DNA of 64,000 nucleotides from an uncultured bacterium (GTDB lineage Bacteria; Chlamydiota; Chlamydiia; Chlamydiales; VFKH01): NCBI GenBank assembly GCA_964630595.1, contig CAZVVT010000001.1, positions 326,354 to 390,353 of the forward strand, read 5' to 3'. Shown piece by piece: positions 63,887 to 64,000 of this stretch (position 1 is its first letter; each line of letters starts with the position of its first letter). The notes under the pieces were generated by a model. It saw only the letters and a program-made list of their open reading frames with translations, ran no database searches and was not told where the DNA came from. The position numbers and the translations under genes were made by a program.

Positions 63887-64000
63887 TTATTTCCACACAA
63901 AAACAGTGTGGTCCATCGAGTATTCCCAGTAGATTTCCCTGAAAGCTCGTTCAAACTCGGGATCATTGAGTTTCACAAAGCGCTTGTTTCCATAAGACGC
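63887..64000 (-). CDS. 3' end of a gene extending beyond the window
   Basis: Open frame from base 64000: ASYGNKRFVKLNDPEFERAFREIYWEYSMDHTVFVWK*. Confidence 0.4.
   Translation of the reverse strand, partial: ASYGNKRFVKLNDPEFERAFREIYWEYSMDHTVFVWK

Noticed and set aside
1-64000. CRISPR array, cas genes, integrase, rRNA
   Set aside because: No regularly spaced direct repeats or recognisable motifs seen.

Overview
Gene-dense bacterial chromosome segment, almost certainly from an environmental member of the phylum Chlamydiota. From memory of Chlamydia gene order, several blocks match: rsfS-fabF-ppa-ldh; lysM/pheT/MORN protein; kdsA-lpt; yebC/GNAT/prfB/SWIB; truA/HAD; dnaX-ybaB/ptsI-ptsH/comEC. 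SWIB, KhpA-like, DUF2608-like and UGP3-type UGPase genes also fit. Housekeeping operons and three tRNAs (Arg-TCT, Cys-GCA, His-GTG) are interleaved with orphan, effector-like genes: Inc-like proteins, ankyrin-like and SKP1/BTB-like proteins, a PSAP-containing protein, and a 3247-aa protein with a CE-clan-like His/Asn/Gln/Cys set, a DUF3638-type SF2 ATPase core and a duplicated C-terminal domain. An accessory region after tRNA-His carries an IS982-like relic, a Gly-rich autotransporter, a protein with a twice-repeated 5-Cys module and a sulfotransferase fragment. Non-coding highlights are a ~160-bp near-perfect palindrome supplying the promoter and RBS of ndh, a cluster of symmetric elements beside tRNA-Arg, the prfB +1 frameshift, a recurring leaderless layout (-10 box 6-9 nt before the start codon, no SD), and C-rich operon 3' ends at overlapping convergent junctions. 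All family calls come from motifs recognised by eye; no searches were run.
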